Notes: generated by a model not told the origin, from the letters alone. Shown: positions 9,403 through 19,717, numbered from the stretch's first letter. The stretch is 64,000 bases of DNA from an uncultured euryarchaeote (GCA_937899865.1 CALBRH010000060.1:18933-82932), one strand, 5' to 3'. Made by a program: numbers and translations.

Positions 9403-9655
9403 TCGCGTCGGAATGAGGACGGTATATTAAACATACGCACAATAATAAATCAAAAAATTGTGTAAATGATGAGTTGTTTGGCAAAATTTTTACTCGATTG
9501 TTTATTTTAGTATTATTATTTTGTTAATTATTGGGCAATTGCGCGGTATTTTGTTAAGAATTGAACACTTGAATAAATCGTTAATCTTTGGACATAGTTC
9601 TAGTTTGTTTGGCGCCGGGGGCAATATCTATGCTCTCTCTACCATTGGTAAAGAC

Positions 9656-9871
9656 ATGGATGAAGATGTAATGAGTATTGAGAACACGCTGCAGATGAGA
9701 CAATTCATGCAGTTGTGGATGATGAGTGGGGGTATGGTCCTTGCCACTGTCAAAGGCATACTTGATGATGGGCGTCAAATCGAGATTCCAGACATGCCTG
9801 GTCGTGATTTTAAAGCTGAAATAATTGAACTAAGCGCATCTTTTAATGAAATTGTTTCGAGGTTAAAGTAA
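9656..9871 (+). CDS. Small hypothetical protein, translationally coupled to the downstream regulator
   Basis: ORF 9521-9871; ATG at 9656 preferred (71 aa); its stop overlaps the next start (TAATG). Confidence 0.55.
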   Translation: MDEDVMSIENTLQMRQFMQLWMMSGGMVLATVKGILDDGRQIEIPDMPGRDFKAEIIELSASFNEIVSRLK

Positions 9872-10431
9872 TGGAAGTTCCTACTGGAAACCACATCAGA
9901 AGATGGCGTAAATCGCTTGATATAACTCAAACAAAGTTATCTGAAATGAGTGGTGTGGCTCAATCAATAATTGCCAAAATCGAAAATGAATCCGTTGACC
10001 CGCGTGTATCAACATTAAGAAAATTGACTGAGGCCTTATCGAGATTTGAAAACCCTGAATTATTGCATACCGTTAAAGATATCATGACTACTGATGTTGC
10101 GGCATTAAAATTCGAAGATACTATTCAGGTTGCAATCGATAGGATGGTTAAGGATGGGATCAGTCAATTACCTGTATTATCAGAAGAAGGTGGGATTTTA
10201 GGCATAGTATCAGAAGATAGTATCTTACAAAAAGGCGCTCATAGAAATGGTGTAGTGGGACAGGTGATGCATACTAGTCCAGCGATTGTTGACATCCGAC
10301 TTTCTGTTGCTGAAGCGAGAAGGAGATTGACTGAGGTTGATGCTTTACTGGTGATTGAAGGTGATTTATTGGTTGGTTTAGTTAGCAGAATGGACCTGGT
10401 TAAAGCGCTTAGGTTGAACAGCATTGCATAA
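9871..10431 (+). CDS. XRE-type HTH plus tandem CBS-domain transcriptional regulator (archaeal COG3620-like)
   Basis: ITQTKLSEMSGVAQSIIAKIENESVDPRVSTL HTH; two CBS repeats (VKDIMT..ISQLPV..GIVSE; VGQVM..LVGLVSRMD). Confidence 0.88.
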   Translation: MEVPTGNHIRRWRKSLDITQTKLSEMSGVAQSIIAKIENESVDPRVSTLRKLTEALSRFENPELLHTVKDIMTTDVAALKFEDTIQVAIDRMVKDGISQLPVLSEEGGILGIVSEDSILQKGAHRNGVVGQVMHTSPAIVDIRLSVAEARRRLTEVDALLVIEGDLLVGLVSRMDLVKALRLNSIA

Positions 10432-12237
10432 TTATTGATTATTAGCAGCATCTTCCCCTTGTGGAGTTATCAATGTATTACTGCCGTCTCGATAAATTAC
10501 TGGCATCTCAACGTCAGAAACGCTTGGGATTACATGCATAGAACACGCTGGCGTACATGCTGGAGGAAGGTAGTCTTCTCCAGACTCGGACATTACAAAT
10601 GTGATGCCGTGATTTGCTGGCAATAAAGCATCAATGCCTTGGAACTCCATCAGCATGGTAATTGTTTGACCGGGGATTACTGTTTGGGCTTCATACCCCC
10701 CAGCATGGTAACGCACGTCCATTGTTGCGTGTCCGATTCTGATTCCTGTTTCTGAATCTTGCATTTCAATAAATACTTGGCCGCCATCAAAGGATGGAAC
10801 TGCAGATAGGTGGAATGTTGCGAGTCCAGAAATATGTGTGTCATTCTCAGTTGACATTGGTGGACAAGTTACTGTTACAGTGGAGTCTCCTCCAAGAACT
10901 AGGCCTCCGGTACCAGTGAAGGTACCTGAAAAATCACATTCTGACATGTCAAGTGGAACTCGTTCTGCATCGAGTGGGGGCCATGTTTCTTCAATACGCC
11001 ATTCTCCGTCATTTCTTTGAATTTGAGCGTGGAGTGCTGGTTTTGGCCCAACTCCTTTGAGATAATATTCCATCCATTCAAACAAATCTTGGCCCCAATC
11101 CCAGCGAGTCATATTATGGATCGCTTCACCACCATACCCAGAATCTTGGTTGTTATGTTTTGTCCATTGATCTGGATAATTGTGCTCCCATTGACCAAGC
11201 ATCCCTGCTACATCATAACCTGCATCGATGTATGCTTGATACCAGATTGTTCCATGCGGCCCACCAAACACTTGATGTGGGTCTACGTTCCAATCTTGCA
11301 TTCCTTGAACCCAATATATGCTGCCGTTATATTTGCCGAGAGCTTTGTCAATATGACTTCGCTCGTCGTAATAATTTGCCATATAGGGGTCTAATTCACC
11401 AAGACCATACCTTGTTGGGCCTGCAAGGAATCCTTCTACAACATCTGAACACATATTATCTAAATCATCATCATCATAATCTAGAATGCTGCTTCCGTAA
11501 TTGGAATGCATAATTTGGGACCTTGCCTCTGCACTACCATTCTTGTAAAGTAATGGTCCTAATGCAGTAGTGCCCGAGATTGGTACTATTGTCTTTAGGT
11601 GTTCACTGCCTAAAGCTGCGGCTTCCCAAGCAGTTGCTCCCTCGTATGATTTACCATAAATAGCAACATTACCGTTACTCCAATTTTGATCGCCCAACCA
11701 TTCAACTGCAGAATGTATACCAAGGCCTTCGCCATCTCCCCGATAGTCAAAACAGCCTGTACTTTCTTCAGTAGCAAAAACTGCGACTTGGGCTAATGCA
11801 TAACCATGTGGAACAAAATTGTCGTAAATGAATTCGCCTCGGCCTGCAGCTACGATGTTTGTTGGATTAGATTCGTCTCCGGGTTGACCGTATGAGAAAT
11901 AAGGGCTGACGACTGCTATTACTGGTACTTTTTCACCAACTTCTGTATTGGATGGTAGCCAGTAAGAAAGGTGTACATCTGCACTATTTGGTCCCCCGCC
12001 CCAAATTCCAGTAGTATCGACCGTTATTGTCGCTTCTTGAACTCCGAGCGCTTCATGAGGTCCTGGTTCAAGCACCATTGCATACGAACCGGTCCAATTC
12101 CACTCTAATTCATATCTTTCATATATGTCTGGATAAAATGAGTTGTCATCGCTTGAAATAACGGAATCGTTGGATGAAAAACAACCTGATAGAGGTAGCG
12201 TCAAACACATCATTGCCAGCAATATCGCCTGACGCAT
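10432..12237 (-). CDS. CocE/NonD (S15, X-Pro dipeptidyl-peptidase-like) serine hydrolase, probable lipoprotein
   Basis: Nucleophile motif GKSYEG; QGMQDWNVDP; GQWEH; lipobox PLSGC. Confidence 0.88.
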   Translation of the reverse strand: MRQAILLAMMCLTLPLSGCFSSNDSVISSDDNSFYPDIYERYELEWNWTGSYAMVLEPGPHEALGVQEATITVDTTGIWGGGPNSADVHLSYWLPSNTEVGEKVPVIAVVSPYFSYGQPGDESNPTNIVAAGRGEFIYDNFVPHGYALAQVAVFATEESTGCFDYRGDGEGLGIHSAVEWLGDQNWSNGNVAIYGKSYEGATAWEAAALGSEHLKTIVPISGTTALGPLLYKNGSAEARSQIMHSNYGSSILDYDDDDLDNMCSDVVEGFLAGPTRYGLGELDPYMANYYDERSHIDKALGKYNGSIYWVQGMQDWNVDPHQVFGGPHGTIWYQAYIDAGYDVAGMLGQWEHNYPDQWTKHNNQDSGYGGEAIHNMTRWDWGQDLFEWMEYYLKGVGPKPALHAQIQRNDGEWRIEETWPPLDAERVPLDMSECDFSGTFTGTGGLVLGGDSTVTVTCPPMSTENDTHISGLATFHLSAVPSFDGGQVFIEMQDSETGIRIGHATMDVRYHAGGYEAQTVIPGQTITMLMEFQGIDALLPANHGITFVMSESGEDYLPPACTPACSMHVIPSVSDVEMPVIYRDGSNTLITPQGEDAANNQ

Positions 12238-12325
12238 GTTGTGGGGGCTGTGTCATCTTCAATAAACTGATGCTTGGTGAATTTACTCCGTAAGTTATGA
12301 GTTGTAGCACCTTCTCGCGTTAACT

Positions 12326-13120
12326 ATGCAGCCGGGCGAGGTATGGGGGAACCGTTGGTCAAATGCAGTACTGCCAATGGCTCGGCGCTATATGGAAGTA
12401 GCAACTCAAAAACAAAGTCTAGTTTGCTTGGCTGCCGATAGAAACACTATGTCTGGTTTGATGGAATTGGTAAATGAGGTTGGACCATATATTGCTGCAT
12501 TAAAGACACATGTAGATTTAGTCGATGATTGGTCTCCTGAGGCTTGGGAAGGTTTCTGTGAAGCCGCAAAACAACATAATTTGTTAATATTTGAAGATAG
12601 AAAATTTGCCGATATTGGTAAAATTACTAAGAATCAGATGAGTGGAATATATGATATTCGCTCATGGTCAGATATTGTCACAGCACATTTGATTTCTGGC
12701 CCTGATATTGTTGATGGTTTACAATCCGCTTGGCAGGATGTAAACAGAGAAGGTGGGGTTTTATTGCTTGCTCAAATGTCAAGTCGTGGGAATTTATTGA
12801 CTGAAGAATACTGTGGAAAGGTTGTTGAAAAAGGCATTCAAAGCGACGGTGTATTGGGATTCATTGGAAATGGTTCAAGGCCTGATGAATTGAAAGAATT
12901 GCGCCTGCGCGTGGGTGAGCAAAAGATGATTTGGACACCTGGAGTAAACATTGCTGTGGGAGATGGTGAAATGGGCCAACGCTATGGTAGCCCTTATGAT
13001 GCGGTAATCGCTGGATCAGATTGTATTATTGTTGGTTCTGGAATTCATCGTAGTGAAAATCCATCAGAAGTTGCAAAACAATATGCACAATTATCCTGGC
13101 AAGCTTTACTTGATAGGTGA
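12326..13120 (+). CDS. pyrF: Orotidine-5'-phosphate decarboxylase
   Basis: CLAAD, LKTHVD, catalytic FEDRKFADIG, LLLAQMSS, TPGV, QRY, IIVGSGI. Confidence 0.93.
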   Translation: MQPGEVWGNRWSNAVLPMARRYMEVATQKQSLVCLAADRNTMSGLMELVNEVGPYIAALKTHVDLVDDWSPEAWEGFCEAAKQHNLLIFEDRKFADIGKITKNQMSGIYDIRSWSDIVTAHLISGPDIVDGLQSAWQDVNREGGVLLLAQMSSRGNLLTEEYCGKVVEKGIQSDGVLGFIGNGSRPDELKELRLRVGEQKMIWTPGVNIAVGDGEMGQRYGSPYDAVIAGSDCIIVGSGIHRSENPSEVAKQYAQLSWQALLDR

Positions 13121-13124
13121 TTTG

Positions 13125-13364
13125 ATGTTTGAATTGTTTTTGTGGTTTATTGCCTTTGTCTGTCTTGCCTTGCCAAGTTGGCTATTGTATAATTCTTGGA
13201 ATAAAAGCAGATTGTTAAACGAGCGACTTGCTCAATGTGATGATAATTTACTAACAGATTCTGGTGTAAAGGTAAGTCAAATTATCTCGGCACCAATGGG
13301 CACAACAGTTACTGAAAATGCCAAACTCGTAATGGCTCCTTCGAACTCAAATGAGATTGGTTGA
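13125..13364 (+). CDS. Small hypothetical membrane protein
   Basis: ATG at 13125 preceded by SD-like AGGTGA; N-terminal TM FLWFIAFVCLALPSWLL. Confidence 0.6.
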   Translation: MFELFLWFIAFVCLALPSWLLYNSWNKSRLLNERLAQCDDNLLTDSGVKVSQIISAPMGTTVTENAKLVMAPSNSNEIG

Positions 13365-14042
13365 ATACGCATAGTAGCCTGCAGCTGCAGCCCCTAGTAA
13401 AATTATTACAAGCAATAATTTGCCTTTTTTCTTCTTTTTTGGTGAAGTTTCATTCGCTATAGGGAGTTGAACTTCTAATGGAGGTGATTCGCCCACTGGT
13501 GGAAGTGCCCCTCCTTCCATTCCTGGTAAATCTGGAAGTGGCATTCCTGGTAAGGCTGGTAATGGCATTGGGCCATCATCTTCCTCTGGTTTGATTCGGT
13601 CAATTGGATACAGTTCATCTAAATCTTCCAGCCCGGGCGCCTCGGGGATTTTACCAAGTATCGTATCCCATTGTTCATCTAAAACGGATTTTGTAATCGG
13701 CTTTTGTAACCATGCAACGGCTCCAGCAGAGAATTTCGCATCTGCTGCCACGGTAGCAAGTCGTCTTGGGGCTACGAAAACAATTCTTGCATCGCCGCCA
13801 TGTTCACGCATTTCAAGTGCGGTTAGATGACCATCTAAAGATGGTATATCGAGTGAAATAATTACTAACTCTGGATCGAGTCTAATATATTCGTCAACTG
13901 CTTTATCTCCATCTTGGCAAATTTCGATATTGAAATCTTTAATTTTGAAGATAGAAGAAAGTCGCTGAATGGACATAGCGTTTGATTCTACAATAAGGAC
14001 GGTTGGGGAATCCTCATCCGAATTATTTGAGACGTAAGCCAT
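13347..14042 (-). CDS. Atypical (pseudo) receiver-domain protein with Pro-rich linker and C-terminal membrane anchor
   Basis: VLIVESN...DGDKAVDEYIRLDPELVIISLDIPSLDG...GAVAWLQKP receiver fold; PMPLPALPGMPLPDLPGM linker; KKKKKGK followed by TM helix. Confidence 0.8.
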   Translation of the reverse strand: MAYVSNNSDEDSPTVLIVESNAMSIQRLSSIFKIKDFNIEICQDGDKAVDEYIRLDPELVIISLDIPSLDGHLTALEMREHGGDARIVFVAPRRLATVAADAKFSAGAVAWLQKPITKSVLDEQWDTILGKIPEAPGLEDLDELYPIDRIKPEEDDGPMPLPALPGMPLPDLPGMEGGALPPVGESPPLEVQLPIANETSPKKKKKGKLLLVIILLGAAAAGYYAYSTNLI

Positions 14043-14097
14043 GTCAATCTGTCCTTCCGAAATATAACTAACAAATCAATCAACCGGATGATTTACC

Positions 14098-14472
14098 CTA
14101 TTCCTCTTCATTATTGGTGGAAAGGTCTTCCACCGGTCCGTCTCTTGGATTGGCAAATGTCTCGCGGATTGTTTCTGATTGGGCTTGGTCGTCGTCTGAT
14201 TGGCGTTTTAATGTCGGGGCACGGGTAAATTGTAATTGTAATTCACTGATGACGCTGCGTAATAATTGGGTTTCTTTATCGGTTAGATTGCCTTTGGTTT
14301 TATTCTGGAGCATGGATAAGAGATCTATTGCTTCTTTAGCTTCAGCCATGTCAAAATATTTGTTACCATTTTGATCTGGAATATAGCCCATGTGCAATAG
14401 TGCACTTCGCTGGAACATGTGCACTAATTGGAATAATCTGGTTGTGTCTTCATCAGAAAAAATCTCTGTCAT
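14098..14472 (-). CDS. DUF1844-family protein
   Basis: ALLHMGYIPD...AKEAIDLLSMLQNKTKGNLTDKETQLL motif. Confidence 0.82.
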   Translation of the reverse strand: MTEIFSDEDTTRLFQLVHMFQRSALLHMGYIPDQNGNKYFDMAEAKEAIDLLSMLQNKTKGNLTDKETQLLRSVISELQLQFTRAPTLKRQSDDDQAQSETIRETFANPRDGPVEDLSTNNEEE

Positions 14473-14554
14473 TGATTTACCGTGGGGATTAATATTTTTT
14501 TATCTGTCGAATTATATTTGCAATACTCTTTTTAAAAAAATATAAGTATCTACA

Positions 14555-17500
14555 ATGTTTAATAGTTATATGAGCGTTAATAAAACGGGAATAAAAGCAA
14601 TTTTTTTAATCATGATAATGATAACAATGAGTACAGGACAATCAATATCCAATGATAGCAATTTTGAAGAAAATGACAGAGAAGAAATCAGTAAAATAGA
14701 TATTTCATATCTAAATTATTTGAACGAGGAGCCTAATCTAGATTATGCTTTATCTCAAACTAGAAATTTCGCAGTTTTAAGAATTGATTTCCCTGATGAG
14801 TCTGCATCGAGAAATCGGGCTGATACAATCGCTCTTTTTGATGAAGTCGAGTCATTCTTTGACGAGGCCACTTATGGTGGTGCAAATCTGAATTTTGACA
14901 TTCTACCTGCCGATGGGGTGCCATTAAGACCAGTTAATAGAATCAACGCAGATGGTACTGGAGACACAACTCCTACCAAGGCATCTTATGGCAATTTTAG
15001 AGGTTGTACTGGTAATGACGACGTCATGTCAGACAGTATTATTGCTGCATTGATTGACGGTATCGACCTCTCTAGATACGATGGTCTCGTTCTGGTACAT
15101 TCAGGCTCAAATAACGGATGTAGCAGCGGCCCTAACGACTATTATGCGATTTCAAGCCTCGATGAAGCGCAAGAGGTTAGCTGGCATGGAGATGATGGAG
15201 ATTTGGATGCACATTGGGGTGGATCATCGGCAGATAAGTCATTTACTTGGTTAGGTGAATATTACAGCTCAACGGAATCTTCCGTAGCCACATGGGGGAG
15301 GTGGGCGCACGAAATAGGTCATGCCGTGGGACTTCCTCACCTTGCATATGATTATGCACACTGCCATGATGTTATGGGATCTTCTTGTGCTTATCCTGTA
15401 ATGCCGAGTTCTTGGACGCGTGCTCTTGAATCTGACCCTGGGCTACAATCAATGGACCCGAGTACTGACTTTACAATCGTTGGTACTGGGGCGAGTACAT
15501 ATTTAATTAAAGATATAAATGAAGACCCTAATTTGATTTCTGAAGATCAGGTATTAAAGATTCCAATCAGTGCTGATGAGTCACTATACTATCTTGTAGA
15601 GGTTCGATTTGATACTCTTCATGATGCCGATTTGCCAATACCGAGCGAAGGCGTACTTATCTACCGAGTTAACGAATGGGCTGGATATGATCCTGCTGAA
15701 GATCTTGTATGGGGTGATACAGCTCTAGCAGATGCTGTTTCGGTTATGGCCCCTCCCTCTACTACACACCTAAAGTTTGCAGCTTGGGATGTCGGAGAAG
15801 TATTTGAGGATTCAAATTATGGTTTAGAAATTGAAGTTTTATCTATTGATCCTGTAGCCCATACTGCAGAAGTTAGTATTAATCATAATCCTACTGGAGC
15901 CTCTCCAGCAGACATTCACATTAGTGATTGGGGTCAACCACCTGGTGAACCGGGCCCATATGAGACCATCGATATATGGATTGATAGTCGTTTAAATAAT
16001 AATGATGTAGATGGGGATGGGGATGCTGATTGGGATGGTATGAATGGAACTACTTTTGCGCAGCAGTATAAGTGGCATGTACCTGGTGATGATGAATTGC
16101 CTACTGGAAGAGGAGATATGCCGTGGGTTGATGAAATAAATCGATTTTATGTGAAAATATCAAATAATGGTGAAACTACCTTAGGTAATGGAATGGTAAA
16201 GATATTGTTCCAATGGAAAAAGCCAACTGCTGGCGGAGATTTGGCTGATTCTTGGACTACTATTGGAAGAATTGTTTGTGGCGACGATGCAGCATCAATA
16301 TCGCAGCAAACGGGCACTGGTATGTGTCTAGATTTTGGTGATTTCCCTGAGGATTCGAATGAAAATAATGAATTAAAAAGCAACAAGCCGTTAGTTGCTT
16401 ACATTGAGTGGACTCCGGAATCTAGTGACTTCCCAGATGACTCTGGCATTGATACGAGTACTAATCAAACGCATAAAATTCATTCATGTATTAGGGTTGT
16501 TGTAGAACCTGTGGGAGACGAGCCTACTATATCTAACAACGACGCTCAAGAAAATCTGAATTATTTTGAAACTAGTCCTGGAAGTCCATACCATCCATTA
16601 ATGGGAAGCTTTACCTTGGACAATCCATTTAATCAAGATGTGAAAGTAATCTTGCAAACCGATGGGTTGCCAAAAGGATGGGATAGCAATTTGTCGTGGG
16701 TTGGTGGAGATTTAGCCTCAGGAGATTCTGTATTTGTTGAATGGGAAATAAGTCCTTCAGATGGGTACCCATTGGGAATGACTGAAAATGTTGATTTCTC
16801 TATGATTGTATTTATGGACGATAGAGGTTTCAATTATTCTGATCATGGTCACAGGTATAAAATCGGCGGAACTACAAATCAAATAAATACGGTCGAGAGG
16901 GTGCTAGTAGACACGGTTGTAACCTCGCAGACCCCTGGTGTTGTAACTGTTTTTGGCGATCTTACTCCTTATGGTTCTAGTGGCACAGATAGAACTTTTT
17001 ATGAAAATGACCGGATTTCAATAATTCTAACCTCGCCCGACCAAACTAAATATGTTACAAGCACCTCTGTGAACATCAACAATGGTGAGTTTTACACAAA
17101 TATCTCATTATCTGGGATGGCTGCTGAAGAAGTGGTATCTAGTGGAGGATTATGGAATGTGCAGGTTTATTTCAGTGGAGATACATACTACAGAACTGCT
17201 TGGGGGACGGTTGAATCTATTCCTGTTCAGCCAATCATCAAAGAAATAGATATTGGAGATATAAATCTAGATACTGGAATTGGAACTGGTAACACTATAG
17301 GTTATGGGGATGAATATGTTTCTTCCGGCAGATTGCCAACATTAAGTTCGCCTGAAAGTTATCTAGAAATTACTTACACTAGCCCCTCTGGACAAAGATG
17401 GATTACTGACGTAATGGTTGACAAGGAAGGTAACTATAATGATAAATTTACAATGGGGGAAAGTGGAAATTGGAGAGTCGATTATAATTACGAAGATGCT

Positions 17501-17644
17501 GGAGGAAACTTGCAATCTTGGAATGAGTCAGTCACTGTAGAAAAAGAAAGTGATGAGGTTACTCCTTTTGTTGGTTTGATTGCATCTATAATTACTATGG
17601 CTTTCGCTGCCGTCATTATTAGCCGTAGAAAAAATGATTTGTAA
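14555..17644 (+). CDS. Large secreted zinc metalloprotease (M6/immune inhibitor A-like N-terminal domain) with C-terminal sorting/TM anchor
   Basis: Signal peptide; AVLRIDFPD; HEIGHAVGLPH zinc motif; Met-turn HDVMG; C-terminal TPF-hydrophobic-RRK. Confidence 0.85.
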   Translation: MFNSYMSVNKTGIKAIFLIMIMITMSTGQSISNDSNFEENDREEISKIDISYLNYLNEEPNLDYALSQTRNFAVLRIDFPDESASRNRADTIALFDEVESFFDEATYGGANLNFDILPADGVPLRPVNRINADGTGDTTPTKASYGNFRGCTGNDDVMSDSIIAALIDGIDLSRYDGLVLVHSGSNNGCSSGPNDYYAISSLDEAQEVSWHGDDGDLDAHWGGSSADKSFTWLGEYYSSTESSVATWGRWAHEIGHAVGLPHLAYDYAHCHDVMGSSCAYPVMPSSWTRALESDPGLQSMDPSTDFTIVGTGASTYLIKDINEDPNLISEDQVLKIPISADESLYYLVEVRFDTLHDADLPIPSEGVLIYRVNEWAGYDPAEDLVWGDTALADAVSVMAPPSTTHLKFAAWDVGEVFEDSNYGLEIEVLSIDPVAHTAEVSINHNPTGASPADIHISDWGQPPGEPGPYETIDIWIDSRLNNNDVDGDGDADWDGMNGTTFAQQYKWHVPGDDELPTGRGDMPWVDEINRFYVKISNNGETTLGNGMVKILFQWKKPTAGGDLADSWTTIGRIVCGDDAASISQQTGTGMCLDFGDFPEDSNENNELKSNKPLVAYIEWTPESSDFPDDSGIDTSTNQTHKIHSCIRVVVEPVGDEPTISNNDAQENLNYFETSPGSPYHPLMGSFTLDNPFNQDVKVILQTDGLPKGWDSNLSWVGGDLASGDSVFVEWEISPSDGYPLGMTENVDFSMIVFMDDRGFNYSDHGHRYKIGGTTNQINTVERVLVDTVVTSQTPGVVTVFGDLTPYGSSGTDRTFYENDRISIILTSPDQTKYVTSTSVNINNGEFYTNISLSGMAAEEVVSSGGLWNVQVYFSGDTYYRTAWGTVESIPVQPIIKEIDIGDINLDTGIGTGNTIGYGDEYVSSGRLPTLSSPESYLEITYTSPSGQRWITDVMVDKEGNYNDKFTMGESGNWRVDYNYEDAGGNLQSWNESVTVEKESDEVTPFVGLIASIITMAFAAVIISRRKNDL

Positions 17645-17663
17645 TTTGAAATTGGTTAGAAAT

Positions 17664-19109
17664 TTATTCGAACAACTGGTCGAGTAACCAATCTGGATCG
17701 AATTGTTTCAAATCATCATAGCCTTGTCCGACCCCGGCAAAGACGATTGGTCGGCCTGTTGCAAAAGCGATAGAAAGCCCTGCTCCGCCTTTAGCGTCGG
17801 TGTCTAATTTGGTTAAAACGGCCCCGTCAAATTTCATTATTTCTTGGAACATTCTTGCTTGGTCAACCGCATCATTCCCAGCCAATGAGTCTCCGACAAA
17901 CAGTGTAAGGTGGGGATTGGCTACTCTCCTGACTTTGTTCAATTCATTCATTAAATTGGTTTTGTTTTGCATTCTTCCCGCTGTATCAACAAGAACAACG
18001 TCGATTCCTTTTGCTTGAGCAGATTCTACAGCGTCTCTAGCAATAGCCGCTGTATCTCCGCCCCGTTGACTAGAGATACATCTTATTCCAAGATTTTCAC
18101 AGTGGGCTTCCAATTGTTGGATTGCTCCTGCCCTAAAAGTATCACCAGCAGCAGCAATAACTGAATGCCCATTATTTTGTAAACGCTTAGCGATTTTTGC
18201 TGCTGTTGTTGTTTTACCCGTACCATTGACTCCGACAAGCATGATTACTACAGGAGTGTCACCCGAATCAATATATGACTGGACTGATGCATCAAAATCC
18301 CAATATCCTGCATTCAAAATACTGCTAAGTGACCTTTTCAACGCCGCTTCTACTACCTTTGATAAATCTGCTCCTTTACGTAGCCTCGAGCCAACTAAAT
18401 TATCTCTAAGTGTATCGATAACTGTTGAAACTGCATCGCTTGAAATATCAGATTCTAACAAAACCCACTCAAGTTCTTCAAGAAGATTATCGAGTGCAGA
18501 ACTAGATTTAATCAATCTACCGCCCTGTTCAACAACTCCTCCTCCTAAATCAACCTCAATTATTGAGCCGGTTTCAGTTTCAATACTAGCAGATTTGACT
18601 GAACCTTTTGGTGCTTGAGCTACTTCGACCAATTTTCTACCTGTTGTAGTCCTCATCATAGATAGGTCTACTTTAGACCCCTGGGGTCTTGCTACTTCGG
18701 TAGCGCCGCGCTTTTTCATGGCCTTTGTATGGGCTTTCTTTGCCTTCTCTAGTTGTTTTTGTTCCTTCTGCAAACGCTTCTTTTCTTTGCGAGTAAGTTG
18801 TTGAGGCAAATAATAGTCATCGTCATCATCCAAGTCTTCCCAATCATCATCTGAATCTTGTGTGGATGGGTTCTCTTGGACTTCTTCTTCATCAAAAACT
18901 TCCCAATCATCATCGTCGGTTTGAATTTGATCTTCTTGGTTATCTGTTAGATTTTGGTCATCATTTTGTTGGATTTCTTCTTGCTCCTGAGTTTGAGCGG
19001 CAACTATCTCTTGGCCTTCTAAAGAGTCTTCTGTAACTGTTAATTCTTCAGTATTAACTTCATCTGCCACTTCTTTTACTCGGCGCTTGAATCTATCGAA
19101 TAATCCCAT
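17664..19109 (-). CDS. ftsY: Signal recognition particle receptor FtsY
   Basis: GVNGTGKTTT, DTFRAGA, DTAGR, TKLDTDAKGG, GVGQGYDDL; acidic N-terminal extension. Confidence 0.97.
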   Translation of the reverse strand: MGLFDRFKRRVKEVADEVNTEELTVTEDSLEGQEIVAAQTQEQEEIQQNDDQNLTDNQEDQIQTDDDDWEVFDEEEVQENPSTQDSDDDWEDLDDDDDYYLPQQLTRKEKKRLQKEQKQLEKAKKAHTKAMKKRGATEVARPQGSKVDLSMMRTTTGRKLVEVAQAPKGSVKSASIETETGSIIEVDLGGGVVEQGGRLIKSSSALDNLLEELEWVLLESDISSDAVSTVIDTLRDNLVGSRLRKGADLSKVVEAALKRSLSSILNAGYWDFDASVQSYIDSGDTPVVIMLVGVNGTGKTTTAAKIAKRLQNNGHSVIAAAGDTFRAGAIQQLEAHCENLGIRCISSQRGGDTAAIARDAVESAQAKGIDVVLVDTAGRMQNKTNLMNELNKVRRVANPHLTLFVGDSLAGNDAVDQARMFQEIMKFDGAVLTKLDTDAKGGAGLSIAFATGRPIVFAGVGQGYDDLKQFDPDWLLDQLFE

Positions 19110-19118
19110 ATTGCGCCC

Positions 19119-19673
19119 TCAGTCATCCAAAGTAAGTTCATTACCAAACATCCCGCCTCTTCTACGGGTTTTGGTCTTGGTCTTTTCATTATCATTAGTA
19201 TCAGGGGTTGAATCGGTGTCTAGTTGGGATTGTGGAGTTGTTGTTGCCTGAAGTTTCTCTGCTGCCTCATTAAATTCTTGGGCAAGGGTCCCAAGTTTTT
19301 CCTCGATTGCCGCTGCTTGTTTGAGTAATGTTTCATGTAAGTCATTAAACTCGTCCCGCCTTGAAGAGAGTAATTGGATAACGTCGCTCCATTTTCTTTC
19401 ACCGAAGATTCCTGCGCCTAAATCTACCACTGCTGTGCCTTCTCCTTCATCTTGGTGTTTAAAATTCAAAGTAACACCGGCACCGATTGAAACATGTGCC
19501 TTTGCATCTCCGGAGTCTGACATACTTACTAATCTGGAAAGTATTTCTTCGGTAATCTGATGTTCGTTAATCACGCCTATGATTTGATCCATACGTCGCT
19601 GGAGCTCTTCTAAGTGTTGTCTGTGACTCTCAACAAGCCTAGCCTTGTTTTGTAATTCACTGCGATCAACCAT
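19119..19673 (-). CDS. pfdA: Prefoldin alpha subunit
   Basis: Coiled coil / VSIGAGV...AVVDLGAGIFGER beta-hairpins / coiled coil; position between rplX and ftsY is the conserved archaeal order. Confidence 0.85.
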   Translation of the reverse strand: MVDRSELQNKARLVESHRQHLEELQRRMDQIIGVINEHQITEEILSRLVSMSDSGDAKAHVSIGAGVTLNFKHQDEGEGTAVVDLGAGIFGERKWSDVIQLLSSRRDEFNDLHETLLKQAAAIEEKLGTLAQEFNEAAEKLQATTTPQSQLDTDSTPDTNDNEKTKTKTRRRGGMFGNELTLDD

Positions 19674-19717
19674 AGTCTTCAACCCTTAGACGGAGTGGGA
19701 TTAGAAAAAGGCGTCGG

